Source: an uncultured Nitrososphaerota archaeon
GTDB taxonomy: Archaea; Thermoproteota; Nitrososphaeria; Nitrososphaerales; CADDZS01
NCBI GenBank assembly: GCA_963799845.1
Contig: CAWCYI010000003.1
Span: forward strand, 1 to 64,000
DNA: 64,000 bases
Direction: 5' to 3'
The notes beneath the pieces were generated by a model that was given only the letters and a program-made list of their open reading frames with translations, did no database searches and was not told the origin of the DNA. Positions 31,480-40,870 of this stretch are shown here, piece by piece. The position numbers were made by a program, and so were the translations under genes. Within the stretch, counting starts at the first letter, position 1. Each line of letters opens with the position of its first letter.

Positions 31480-31633
31480 CTGGGTGAGAAGGAGAAGGCT
31501 CTCGACTGGCTGGAAAGAGCGTATGAGGAGGAATCGGGTTATCTTACCGCAATAAACGGAGATTTTGTGTTCGAGAATCTGCACGGCGAGCTGAAGGTAC
31601 CAGGCCCTCTTGAAGAAATTGGGTTTACAATAA
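31480..31633 (+). pseudogene. Orphan C-terminus of a TolB-like/TPR (adenylate cyclase-associated) protein
   Basis: LGEKEKALDWLERAYEE...FENLHGE-RYQALLKKLGLQ*; no 5' part present. Confidence 0.6.
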
Positions 31634-31675
31634 AGTTGCACAGAAGGCTTCCTTTCATCAGCCGCACTTAGCGTG

Positions 31676-31948
31676 CTACCGGGTCCCAAGCTGAACCGCG
31701 ATTAGCAAGAAAGAAGCCGCGACCAGACAACCCAGAAGCAGCCAGTTATTGCTTGCAACCGTTAGGGTCGGTTTATAGTATATGTAAACTACCATGGCGA
31801 AAATCACCAATTCCGAGCCAAGCAATGCTCCAAAGACGCGCTGAAGGGAAACAAGATCTAAGATCCAAAGGTATACGACAATTGAACCGGCCGCAGTAGC
31901 GAGGAGTGTGGCTATGGAATATCTCACAATATCGTAGTCAGACTTCAT
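31676..31948 (-). CDS. Small 3-TM protein, last gene of the Rieske/cyt b operon
   Basis: ATGA overlap with cytochrome b; hydrophobic. Confidence 0.7.
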   Translation of the reverse strand: MKSDYDIVRYSIATLLATAAGSIVVYLWILDLVSLQRVFGALLGSELVIFAMVVYIYYKPTLTVASNNWLLLGCLVAASFLLIAVQLGTR

Positions 31949-33381
31949 GCTCGTCTTTCCTGCCGCAAGGTAAGGGTTCTCATCATTCTGGCCATCGCAA
32001 AAAACGATCCGAAAAGCACGACGAAATCAATTAGGGCAAGAAATGGATTTACTGGAACTGTCGTAAGAGATCCCACAAGGTTAGCAAAGCTAACCGATCC
32101 TGCAATCAGCGGGATCATGAATAGCGCCGTTATGGTTCGGTTTCTGAACGGGAGCATCATCATGGGTAGAGGGGACTTTACTGGCATCTTCACATTTTTC
32201 GTACGAATCAACTTATCTCTAAAAATGTATAAAGAAACTAGAACAACGCCGAGAGCAACTCCTCCGTTGACAATTATTGCCTGATAATCTGGAATGATCC
32301 GTCCCGGGGTAAGATAGCCCCAGACCGTCAACGTCAAGACTTCTGCGATCAAAATCAGACCGATAGTTGTGTATAATGGTCTCGACTTTGGATCCCTCTG
32401 AGATCCGCGATCGTAGAACGGCAGAAGCGCAAGTCCGACAGCAAGGATCGTCACTGCGCCGAGAGCAAAGTATATCCCGGATCCCTCAAAAGCCTCCACC
32501 TTCAAAATCTGGTACATCCAAAGGAAGTACCAGTCAGGTTGCGCCACGTAATTTGCGGCAGCCTGGGGGGTGTATTCTACTGGGAGATTAATTGGGAACA
32601 TTGCCGCCGCTACAAAGATTACGGCTACAAACGCTGCCCCTATCATTGCAAAATAAAGATAAACGGTTGGGAACCACGGGACTTCTTTTGGATTTTTTAC
32701 CGCGCCCTCGACTGGTTCGGCCGCTCCATGCGCTTCAAACATATACAATTTCAGCGCAAGGAGTGAGAGGAGACCTGCCGGCAGGACAATTATGTGAAGA
32801 TCGAAGAATCTTGTCAGCTCGGCAGCCCCAGTTCCCGATCCGGCAACCAAGAAAGTTAGGATCGGTCCTATTTGCGCAGGTAGGAAACTGAGCATTCCTA
32901 TTGAGACATCTGTTCCGGATTTCGAAACGACAGTCCACGGAAGTAGATATCCTGTCAGACCCAACCCCAACACAGTCAATCCCATCAGCATCCCTATGAC
33001 CCACATCATTTCACGTGGTTTCTTTTGTACGCTGGAAAAATATCCCCGGAATAAGTGAAGAAAAGTGAGCAAAATCATCGCATAGGCACCGTAAAGATGC
33101 ACCGTTTCGAGGAGCCATCCGAGCGGCACCACTTTGATTATGAAGGCGGTGGAAGAGTACGCTTGATCAGTTGTTGGCACGTAGTAGATCAGCATTAGCA
33201 GACCGGTCAACACCTGCAGCCCAAATGCAATCACGGTGAGCGCACCGAGCCAGTACAATGGGTTCATGCTGTACTCGGGAACTGGCCGAAGGACGTTTGT
33301 CTGCAGTCCAAACCTGTCTTTGAACCACTCAACAAACCTTCTTCCGGGATTTTCGGTCATTTTGTTACTCTCCCTTATCAT
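31945..33381 (-). CDS. Cytochrome b (fused b6/subunit IV type) of a Rieske/cyt b complex
   Basis: QVLTG, HLYGA...LHLFRG, PREMMW, TGYLLPW, RFFDLH, PDWY. Confidence 0.92.
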   Translation of the reverse strand: MIRESNKMTENPGRRFVEWFKDRFGLQTNVLRPVPEYSMNPLYWLGALTVIAFGLQVLTGLLMLIYYVPTTDQAYSSTAFIIKVVPLGWLLETVHLYGAYAMILLTFLHLFRGYFSSVQKKPREMMWVIGMLMGLTVLGLGLTGYLLPWTVVSKSGTDVSIGMLSFLPAQIGPILTFLVAGSGTGAAELTRFFDLHIIVLPAGLLSLLALKLYMFEAHGAAEPVEGAVKNPKEVPWFPTVYLYFAMIGAAFVAVIFVAAAMFPINLPVEYTPQAAANYVAQPDWYFLWMYQILKVEAFEGSGIYFALGAVTILAVGLALLPFYDRGSQRDPKSRPLYTTIGLILIAEVLTLTVWGYLTPGRIIPDYQAIIVNGGVALGVVLVSLYIFRDKLIRTKNVKMPVKSPLPMMMLPFRNRTITALFMIPLIAGSVSFANLVGSLTTVPVNPFLALIDFVVLFGSFFAMARMMRTLTLRQERRA

Positions 33382-34073
33382 GAACTGGAAAGAACTGTCG
33401 CGTCGGTCACTACAGTTCCGCCCGTGAGGTCATCTGCTAGAACGGTGGCAGGATCGCTCGTGCCGGGAGGCCCGTGTTGAAAGATGGTGGGTGCTCCCAT
33501 TCCGATTGCCGAAATGTCGCCAGTCGAACTGTCGTACTGCAGCTTTACCTGCGGAACCGGTCTTGGCGCCGGTCCACTGACCACCTTCGCCCCGTTTACA
33601 AGGTCGTATACACTGCCATGGCAGCAGCAGTAACCAACCGGACCAGGGGCTTTGTAAGATCCGTTACATGTTGGCGCCGAACCACTCCCGACAAAGCCAT
33701 AGATGCAGCCGAGGTGTTGGCATACCGCGCTGAACGCAACGATGTCGCTATCTGGCCCTACCCCACCCTGCGCATGGACTCCGAGCTTGACAAGAAAGTT
33801 CGGCGTTTCCTCCAAAGGATAGTTGAAATTCAGCGGTGTCGCCGGATCGAGCGATGAAATGTTCGTAATCTTAACCACGGGCCATGCCAAAGGAACACTT
33901 GTTGTTGAGCCCGCATTCGGCGCCGGAACGAAAGCTAGAATTCTGAACAGGCTTGCAAAAGAACCGACGGTTGCCAAGCCTCCGAAGGTTAGAACGAGCT
34001 TTAGGAAGTTCCTCTTACTCCCGTCATGACCGGGCTCTTCCTTCGCTTCCTTTTCCTTGTCACTTGGTTCCAT
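33378..34073 (-). CDS. Rieske [2Fe-2S] protein (SoxL/AioB-like)
   Basis: Tat-like SKRNFLK, GGVGPDSDIVAFSAVCQHLGC, CCCHGSVYD, GPAPRP. Confidence 0.92.
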   Translation of the reverse strand: MEPSDKEKEAKEEPGHDGSKRNFLKLVLTFGGLATVGSFASLFRILAFVPAPNAGSTTSVPLAWPVVKITNISSLDPATPLNFNYPLEETPNFLVKLGVHAQGGVGPDSDIVAFSAVCQHLGCIYGFVGSGSAPTCNGSYKAPGPVGYCCCHGSVYDLVNGAKVVSGPAPRPVPQVKLQYDSSTGDISAIGMGAPTIFQHGPPGTSDPATVLADDLTGGTVVTDATVLSSS

Positions 34074-34079
34074 CTTTCT

Positions 34080-34436
34080 TCATCTGATCTCTGCATGTTC
34101 TGTATAGCCTAATCTCATCATCAATAACAGTCCGGCTGCTAGACCGAGCAGAACCAACACAAAGGTCACTACAGCGGCGGTTGGGAGATCAAAGGCGATA
34201 CTTATGGAAGACGAGGTAGAAGTGCTGGAAGAAGTTTGCGTAGCGTTACCGCTCGTTGAAACGCCATAAGATGCATGGCTGGCTACCATTCCGAAAAGGG
34301 TGGATAGAGCAAGTGCCATCGCCACAGCTGAAATAGTCTTATACGACAACATAGATTTGCGAGAATTACGCGTTTTTCGAAACGATTGCGAAAGATGTTC
34401 TTTCGCTGATGTTTTGATCAAGATTGACTCGTTCAT
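34080..34436 (-). CDS. Small membrane protein with a Ser/Thr linker
   Basis: Two hydrophobic segments flanking STSGNATQTSSSTSTSSS; coupled within the operon. Confidence 0.65.
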   Translation of the reverse strand: MNESILIKTSAKEHLSQSFRKTRNSRKSMLSYKTISAVAMALALSTLFGMVASHASYGVSTSGNATQTSSSTSTSSSISIAFDLPTAAVVTFVLVLLGLAAGLLLMMRLGYTEHAEIR

Positions 34437-35335
34437 TCCCGTTGTTTGAGAGCGTTCTTGGATGCTGCACGCCTAACAAATGCGAGATTCAGATGTAACG
34501 GTGCCTCGATTGAGAGAAGCAAGAATGAATATACCAAAACTGTCAACTCCGCCATGACAACAACATAAGATACTCCGCCAATTGTGACTGTGATTACCCC
34601 GTCGCCGCCTGCAATGGATATTGCTGCGAGCCCGAGAAGCGAATAGACGACCCTTTGAGGGATCCAAGAACGCGATTCTGATTTATTCATCGTCGATCCT
34701 TCAAGAACTGAAAGCATCACGATTCCAAGAACCAACGATACCGTGAGAGCGGCGAGCCCAACATGCAATACGACCGCGAACGCGTACAGAGCAATCGTCT
34801 CGACGGCAGTACCTGCTATTACCGTGAGAGACAGCGCGACGAGAGCAAAGTACGTCATAAGAGAAGACGGTGAGCGATCATCCGATCTCAAACCACTCTC
34901 TAACCTTGATATCCTCGAAAGCGAGTATCCGGTGATGGGCATCGCGATTCCGATCGTAGTCATCATTGAAAGATTTGTGATCAAGATTTGATTGCTACTT
35001 GAATTGTTGCCCAAGAATGCGAACCCGGTCGCACCTGCAACTACCGTAATGAAAAAGAGCGCAAGATTGGAAACCGCAACGCTCTTCTGATTCTGGATAG
35101 CAGCAAGGAACCCAACGACAGCTGACATTAACCCAAATCCAGATGCAAGAACTCCGTGGACAATAAGGTCGGGCGTGGAGATTGTAGCGTTATGAATCTC
35201 TGTTCCGAGCCACACTCCAAAAATGAACGTGAGGACCAGAAAGAGAGCTTGGAGATATATGAAGTAGAGAATCTGTCTCGCACGTTGCTTCTCGTTCTTT
35301 TGGCTCAAATTCTCTGAGAGAGATACAACTGTCAT
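34433..35335 (-). CDS. 8-TM protein made of two His/Met 4-TM repeats
   Basis: PDLIVHGVLA and VVLHVGLA; overlaps both neighbours. Confidence 0.75.
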   Translation of the reverse strand: MTVVSLSENLSQKNEKQRARQILYFIYLQALFLVLTFIFGVWLGTEIHNATISTPDLIVHGVLASGFGLMSAVVGFLAAIQNQKSVAVSNLALFFITVVAGATGFAFLGNNSSSNQILITNLSMMTTIGIAMPITGYSLSRISRLESGLRSDDRSPSSLMTYFALVALSLTVIAGTAVETIALYAFAVVLHVGLAALTVSLVLGIVMLSVLEGSTMNKSESRSWIPQRVVYSLLGLAAISIAGGDGVITVTIGGVSYVVVMAELTVLVYSFLLLSIEAPLHLNLAFVRRAASKNALKQRE

Positions 35336-35850
35336 GCCGTTATTTGTCCTGTCGGCTTGACAAGTTCAGTGATACGGATAGCTCTCACGATCTTGAGAGT
35401 GGCATAATATGAAAGAAACAATGCGAGCATGAAGAGAAATGACATTATCCATCCCCCTATCAGTGTGACAGATCCAGATTGTCTGCTACCGCCACTAGTA
35501 ATGAAAAGCATACCTCCGACGGTCGCAATCACCAGCGAGACAACAGCTCCCAAACTGAACTGGCCAACCTTCTTCATGCCATATAGAAAACCGACTACCA
35601 TAACGACGAAAGTAAATGCAAAGTTTACGATTGCCAAAACCATGTGCACGATATTGGCAGCATCACCGATGCCTATAGTATTGATTCCTGACGTGATGAA
35701 TATGTTGATGTACATGCCTGTCACGTATAGCAAGAGATACACGAGAAAATTCGCGTAACAAAGCCTGAGAGTTAGGCGCAGACCTCGAAGACCAAGAGTT
35801 CCCATCTCCTCGCCCTCCAATGACCTGTCTATTTGTTGAGCTTCAACCAA
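35332..35850 (-). CDS. 4-TM His/Met protein (paralog)
   Basis: GMY, IVHMVLA, WIMSFLF. Confidence 0.75.
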   Translation of the reverse strand: MVEAQQIDRSLEGEEMGTLGLRGLRLTLRLCYANFLVYLLLYVTGMYINIFITSGINTIGIGDAANIVHMVLAIVNFAFTFVVMVVGFLYGMKKVGQFSLGAVVSLVIATVGGMLFITSGGSRQSGSVTLIGGWIMSFLFMLALFLSYYATLKIVRAIRITELVKPTGQITA

Positions 35851-35852
35851 GT

Positions 35853-36380
35853 CTATCTTCCCACCGGTGGCTGCTGAATCGGGGCGGCGAACTTTATTCG
35901 TACGTCTTCCCTGACGATGAATATTCTGCTTAAGAATGTCAAGATAACTGCAAGAAGAAAAACTGAAGCCATGATGAAAGTGGAAATGCTCGCAGATTCT
36001 GCGTTGTTTATTGAGGATGTCGAGTAGTAAATGAACAGTGGACCTGCAACAAAGCCTACCAGCCTCGAGCTCATTGCCCCGCTGTGCAACAACACAACTT
36101 TGGGCAGCCCAACTCTTCTCGCCAATATGATAATCGGGATGCTCATACTCGTACTCAAAACAGCGAAAGCGACATGCGCAAAAAGATCCGGTGCCGCGAA
36201 AAGCTGCGAGAAGATATTTGAGAAATTCGCCTGCACTGTGCTCGGGACTGAATAATAATAATTATCATACATACCTGCCGCAATTGTCGCCCAGTAAAAA
36301 GCAAATTGCAGGTACAACACAAGAAAAATTCGATGTAGGGTCTTTGAGATCTTCTCGTTCTCGGAGAAAGTGTTTGTCAC
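35853..36380 (-). CDS. 4-TM His/Met protein (paralog), first gene of the operon
   Basis: YLQ, GMY, PDLFAHVAFA, FIMASVF. Confidence 0.75.
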   Translation of the reverse strand: MTNTFSENEKISKTLHRIFLVLYLQFAFYWATIAAGMYDNYYYSVPSTVQANFSNIFSQLFAAPDLFAHVAFAVLSTSMSIPIIILARRVGLPKVVLLHSGAMSSRLVGFVAGPLFIYYSTSSINNAESASISTFIMASVFLLAVILTFLSRIFIVREDVRIKFAAPIQQPPVGR

Positions 36381-36992
36381 TATTTCTCAATCTGCCAAAA
36401 TGTCCCGGTACGTGTGTTGCCAGATTAGAATGTGCAAAGTTTCAGGATCTAAATTGGAGGAAAGATCCATGTTCAAAAAGCCGCAGAGCGAAGGGTTGGT
36501 AATGACTGGCATTCTCACAATAGTGCCGGCAATTTGCTAAGAAGGATAATACTTATCCCGTATCTGTTCGGGACTTTTGTTGATCTTGGACAAATCAGAC
36601 ATGATAATCCCGAAGTCATTTCATAATTTGAGATAACATCGACTTTCCCGAACAGGGTCGGGATTCACCCTAAATCAGGACAAGACTCGATAACCAGCGG
36701 CGGTTATTCGAGGCGCTCAGAATTCTGCTCTATAAAGTGCTGGTTTGTCTAAAGCACAACCCAGAGAATCATTTTGAAATAAACTGCTGGATTGATAAAA
36801 AACCGAAATCCAAGTATCATCTGGTCCAACTAGTTGAAGAACAATTACACTCCAGATCTATAACCGGTTACAAGATACTCAAGGTCAGACCCGTAAGGCT
36901 CCGTGACGACAAATAGAGAAAAGTCTTAACACATGAGTAATCAATTCCTCCAGATAAGCTGCTAATATAGGCTACGGGAGCAGCCTTCCGAA

Positions 36993-37439
36993 TTACCGAG
37001 TACGAATTTCCCTGGCAAACTTTCTAAGAAGTTCAGCGAGTGTTTCCTGTTCCGCGGGGGTAAGAGATCTTCGGAGCGATTCTTGAAGTGACAATCTGTA
37101 GTCCGCTTGTATCTTTCTATAGACCCTTTTTCCTTTATCGATCAACAGGATATCGGTCCTTCGCCTATCGCTGGCGCTTCCACTCCTTTTCACCAAGCCC
37201 TTGTCTTCGAGCCTGTCCACTATACCCGTAATGACGGGCGGAGTCACCTTAAGTTCTTCGCTCAACATGCTCATTGGGAGCACCCCTCTCAGAGAAAGAA
37301 GTCTCAAGACGCCAAACTGCTGCATGGTGAGACTCTCCTTATTGACATTAACCTTCACGACTCTAAGAATCGCTACCTGCGAACGGAGGATCGTAACTAC
37401 AATGTCCTCTTTCTCCGCGTCAGCCGTCACTGAATTCAC
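36993..37439 (-). CDS. MarR-family regulator
   Basis: LTMQQFGVL, ITGIVDRLEDKGLV, DRR. Confidence 0.9.
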   Translation of the reverse strand: MNSVTADAEKEDIVVTILRSQVAILRVVKVNVNKESLTMQQFGVLRLLSLRGVLPMSMLSEELKVTPPVITGIVDRLEDKGLVKRSGSASDRRRTDILLIDKGKRVYRKIQADYRLSLQESLRRSLTPAEQETLAELLRKFAREIRTR

Positions 37440-37453
37440 AATATCGTTAATGT

Positions 37454-37468
37454 TATTAATTATTAATA
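37454..37468. promoter_or_regulatory. Palindrome in a divergent promoter (probable MarR operator)
   Basis: TATTAAT-T-ATTAATA between marR and the divergent membrane gene. Confidence 0.45.
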
Positions 37469-37492
37469 TAGCTAACCATTTCAGTCCCTTAA

Positions 37493-38235
37493 ATGATACT
37501 CACAACCGCCCTGGTAGTTTGGGGCCCGTACCAAGGGTCGGGCGCGCTGCTGCTTTTGCTGGTACTGGCTATCCTAGGCCTGGGATTGATTTTGCTTGGG
37601 AGGCGAATGACCCACGAGATCAAGCTTCCAAGAATGGGAAAGGTACTGGGAGTAATCGTGGTCATCATATGGGCTTTTTCCATTCTAACCTTTCTCAAAA
37701 TCAACCGCGATCTTGCGAGGTATACAGGCTCGGCCGGGAACCTTGGACCAATATTTCCAATCACCGTCATCACGGCAGTTTGCACTTTTGCGTTTGTAGC
37801 CTACGTTTCACGACATGATGGAATCCTGCCCGCAGTTGGCAGAGGGTTCCTGGCATTTATCGCGGGACCGATGGTGTTTGAATTTCCATTCTTGCTGATC
37901 GTAATTCCGAGAGTGAGTGCGCCTCTAATTCCGGCGCTCATATTTCTTATCCCGCTCTTCACAATTATTTTCACCACTCTCTCCATGCTCCTCTTCTCCC
38001 GAGGATCGCCATCACCAAATACTCAATTTACTTTTTTGGGGCGATGATACTCACATTCGCGGTCTGGGCTCTAGACGGTTACTCGTATCCATCAAATGCG
38101 ACATCTTTCCTACTCAACGCGATCTCGAAGGTTCTTGGTTTTGCTGCCGTCGCTTCGATTTTTGTGCCGGGCTCACAGAAGATAGACCCAGTTGTTCCAA
38201 ATCCTCAGGGAAGTTCACTAGCTTCGGAACTCTAA
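37493..38235 (+). CDS. Multi-pass membrane protein, frameshift near 38000
   Basis: ORFs 37493-38047 and 38044-38235 are both hydrophobic. Confidence 0.6.
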
Positions 38236-38333
38236 TTCGGAATCCTCGACCCGTAAATTATTCGAAGCCTAAACCCAAACAAGAAAATTCGTACGGTCAG
38301 GCGCTTCGGAAGATGAAGCTCACTGGAGTTTTG

Positions 38334-39395
38334 CTACGGCCGCGCTTCGAATACTCGATTGAGTGGGGTCTCAGCCGCCGTGCGGAATCTCGTAAAGCCA
38401 CCACCCTTGACCACTTTGCTGATCGCAGAGTCGCTCGCCTGCGCTCCCAATCCCAGACCAACCTCTTGCGAGAGAGAAGAGGGCACGCAAATCATCGACG
38501 ACGCATTGTAATAGACCCTTCCAATAGGATTGAGGTTCTCCTGGACGGTCTCCTTCGCGTACGGCTCGACGATCATCCACGTCCCGTCAGGCTTTAGCGA
38601 CTCATAAACGTGTCTTGCGGCACCCTCTGGATCGCCCATATCATGTAGACAGTCAAAGAAAGTCACCAGATCAAAATCTTTGCCGGGATAGTTCTTTGCA
38701 AGAGCTACCTCAAAGTCGGTGTTCGAAGTCACGCCCGCCGAATACGAGTCATTTCTGGCTCCCTCAATTGATTCCAGGTGGTAATCGTAGCCCATGAATT
38801 TTGATTTTGGAAAAGCTTTCGCCATAATGATCGTAGAAGCTCCAAGGCCACAACCAACATCTGCAACTCGTCCGCCCGCTTGCAGCTTAGCTACAACTCC
38901 GTCAAGACTCGGCAGCCAGGAACCGACCAGATTTGCGATGTAGCCGGGCTTGAAAAATTTCTTCGTTCCGATAAACAAGTCATTGCTGTGCTCATTCCAG
39001 CCAAAACCTTTTCCAGTGCGATAAACTTCGGATATTTTTCGCTCGTCTTTGTAGAGAGAACTCACGAGGTAGTAGGCACCTGGAATGTAAAATGGACTGT
39101 CCTCGTTCGTGAGGGCAAAGACCTGCTCGGGACTCATCATGTATTTCCCCGTTGCAGGATCATAATTCACGTACCCTGATGCAGCTTGACCTGAAAGCCA
39201 TTCACGTATATAACGTTCGGCCGTACCGGTTTTTAGTGCGAGATCCTTGGGAGTTAGGGCACCACCGGCTGCAAGTGCCTTGTAAAGGCCGAGTTGTTCC
39301 CCAATCAGTATGGAAGGGCCGTGAAAGGAAGCGCCCAAATCCCCAACGAATTTCATAACGAATTGGTGTAGCTTGTCCTGATCCACAGAAGACAT
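38334..39395 (-). CDS. Class I SAM methyltransferase with N-terminal wHTH (Rv2258c-like)
   Basis: ERYIREWL, VADVGCGLG, FFDCLHDMGDP, YLKPDG-like segment. Confidence 0.9.
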   Translation of the reverse strand: MSSVDQDKLHQFVMKFVGDLGASFHGPSILIGEQLGLYKALAAGGALTPKDLALKTGTAERYIREWLSGQAASGYVNYDPATGKYMMSPEQVFALTNEDSPFYIPGAYYLVSSLYKDERKISEVYRTGKGFGWNEHSNDLFIGTKKFFKPGYIANLVGSWLPSLDGVVAKLQAGGRVADVGCGLGASTIIMAKAFPKSKFMGYDYHLESIEGARNDSYSAGVTSNTDFEVALAKNYPGKDFDLVTFFDCLHDMGDPEGAARHVYESLKPDGTWMIVEPYAKETVQENLNPIGRVYYNASSMICVPSSLSQEVGLGLGAQASDSAISKVVKGGGFTRFRTAAETPLNRVFEARP

Positions 39396-39538
39396 CCAGT
39401 ATTATTACCAGCTCCGACGAGCCTACACGATTAGAAAAGTTTTGTGCCTGTTGGCATCATTAGGCAGCTGCCTGAAATCCATGAGCCGTCCAGATCTAGC
39501 ACTTTTGTTCTAAGGTTGTCTCGAGGCACGGATTTTTG

Positions 39539-39660
39539 TCACTGCGAGAGAGGCGATCTAGGATACCTCGCTCGAAACTCCTCCACGTGGCTCATCCAAT
39601 CCGGAAGGGGAGTCTTGTCAAGATGTGCTTCGAGCCGGTCGAGAAATGCGTGAGTACTCG
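39539..39660 (-). pseudogene. Possible C-terminal remnant of an SRPBCC/AHSA1 gene
   Basis: THAFLDRLEAHLDKTPLPDWMSHVEEFRARYP* with no 5' part. Confidence 0.35.
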
Positions 39661-39704
39661 ACAATGGAAATTTTGTATTTCGCAATGATGCTAGTCTTCT
39701 CCGA

Positions 39705-40805
39705 TTACCAGATAGATCCCCACTCTTGGTCTCTCTCGACGAATATCATGTCCTGTTTCACTCTTATCTTGTATGTTCGAATGCCTGGAAAAGTGTCTCC
39801 GTCGCAGCCGTAACTTCCGTTAAGGCATGCGCCCGTCGCAAGATCGAACACAGCGCCATGTAACGGACACTTCACATTCCTAGCGTCGCAGTTGACTTTT
39901 CCGCGCGATAGATCAGTTCCGATGTGCGTGCAGATGGGCTCCATCGCGTAGATTTTGCTTCCAGACTTTACAAGAAGTATTTCACTTCCGTTCACTACAA
40001 ATTTAAGTCCGGCAGCACTTTCTTTTAGGGCACTTAGAGTGCAAAGCTGGAACGCGTCCACGTTTGTCAGATTAGAATGATGGTTGTTATGACCTAGGTA
40101 TTCCTGCTTTTTCCTTTCCCTAACTTGATTGGTGTCAGCTGCAAAATTCTTGCGAAGAAAATTCTTTCTCTCGCTGTTATCAACTGTCCATGGGTTAAAG
40201 TCTGAGACTTTTTCTGAATACAACTCGTAGATCCCATCTTTCATGAATGCTCTCTCGAGCCCGTCGAGCTCAAGCGTGCTACAGAACTTGATCCCGTCAA
40301 TCCACTTGCGGCTCTTGAAGCCGAACTCTCCCGGAGCGACTATTCGTACAGGATAGCCGGCAGTTCTGGAAAGTTTCGAGCCGTTCTGGCCGTCCGCAAG
40401 CAGAAGATCCTGGTCAATAGGGAACCTCTGGCTCAGGTTTTTGAAGCTCTCGACTATCAAGTATCGCGCGCTGCTTCGAACGCGGGTCTTTTCCTTGATA
40501 ACAGAAATTTCCACGCCGTTCCACATTTGACCGAGATAGCTCCAGCCGTCCACGCAGTGGTGATCCAGAGTCTTCGAAACGTGTGGAAGATTTTGAAACT
40601 CCTCATAGGTAAACTCGAGCGGATTCTCGACTTCTCCATAGGTCCTGAATCGCCACTTTTCAATGTCGAAATCCGCTGGCTGATTGGAGTTGGGATTGTT
40701 GATCGGCCAACGCTCAACTGGTGCGACACGCCAACCCGGTGGGACGCGTTCGGGATAATTGGCATAACCTCTCTTGTTCATTTGTGTGCAGACCCGCAGG
40801 ATCAT
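39705..40805 (-). CDS. Sulfite-oxidase-family molybdopterin domain fused to a Rieske ferredoxin
   Basis: RVPPG, W...GEVENP, HCVDGWS, GYPVRIV, GFKSRKWI; C-terminal CTHIG...CPLHGAVFDL. Confidence 0.82.
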   Translation of the reverse strand: MILRVCTQMNKRGYANYPERVPPGWRVAPVERWPINNPNSNQPADFDIEKWRFRTYGEVENPLEFTYEEFQNLPHVSKTLDHHCVDGWSYLGQMWNGVEISVIKEKTRVRSSARYLIVESFKNLSQRFPIDQDLLLADGQNGSKLSRTAGYPVRIVAPGEFGFKSRKWIDGIKFCSTLELDGLERAFMKDGIYELYSEKVSDFNPWTVDNSERKNFLRKNFAADTNQVRERKKQEYLGHNNHHSNLTNVDAFQLCTLSALKESAAGLKFVVNGSEILLVKSGSKIYAMEPICTHIGTDLSRGKVNCDARNVKCPLHGAVFDLATGACLNGSYGCDGDTFPGIRTYKIRVKQDMIFVERDQEWGSIW

Positions 40806-40870
40806 TGAATAGTGTCCTCTATAACCTTGAAAAAGATTAACACGTAGAAGGAACGGAAAAGCAACCTACT

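Noticed and set aside
33610-33640. CCCH in the Rieske protein as a c-type heme site
   Set aside because: It is Rieske box II (C-x-C-H-G-S), not CxxCH
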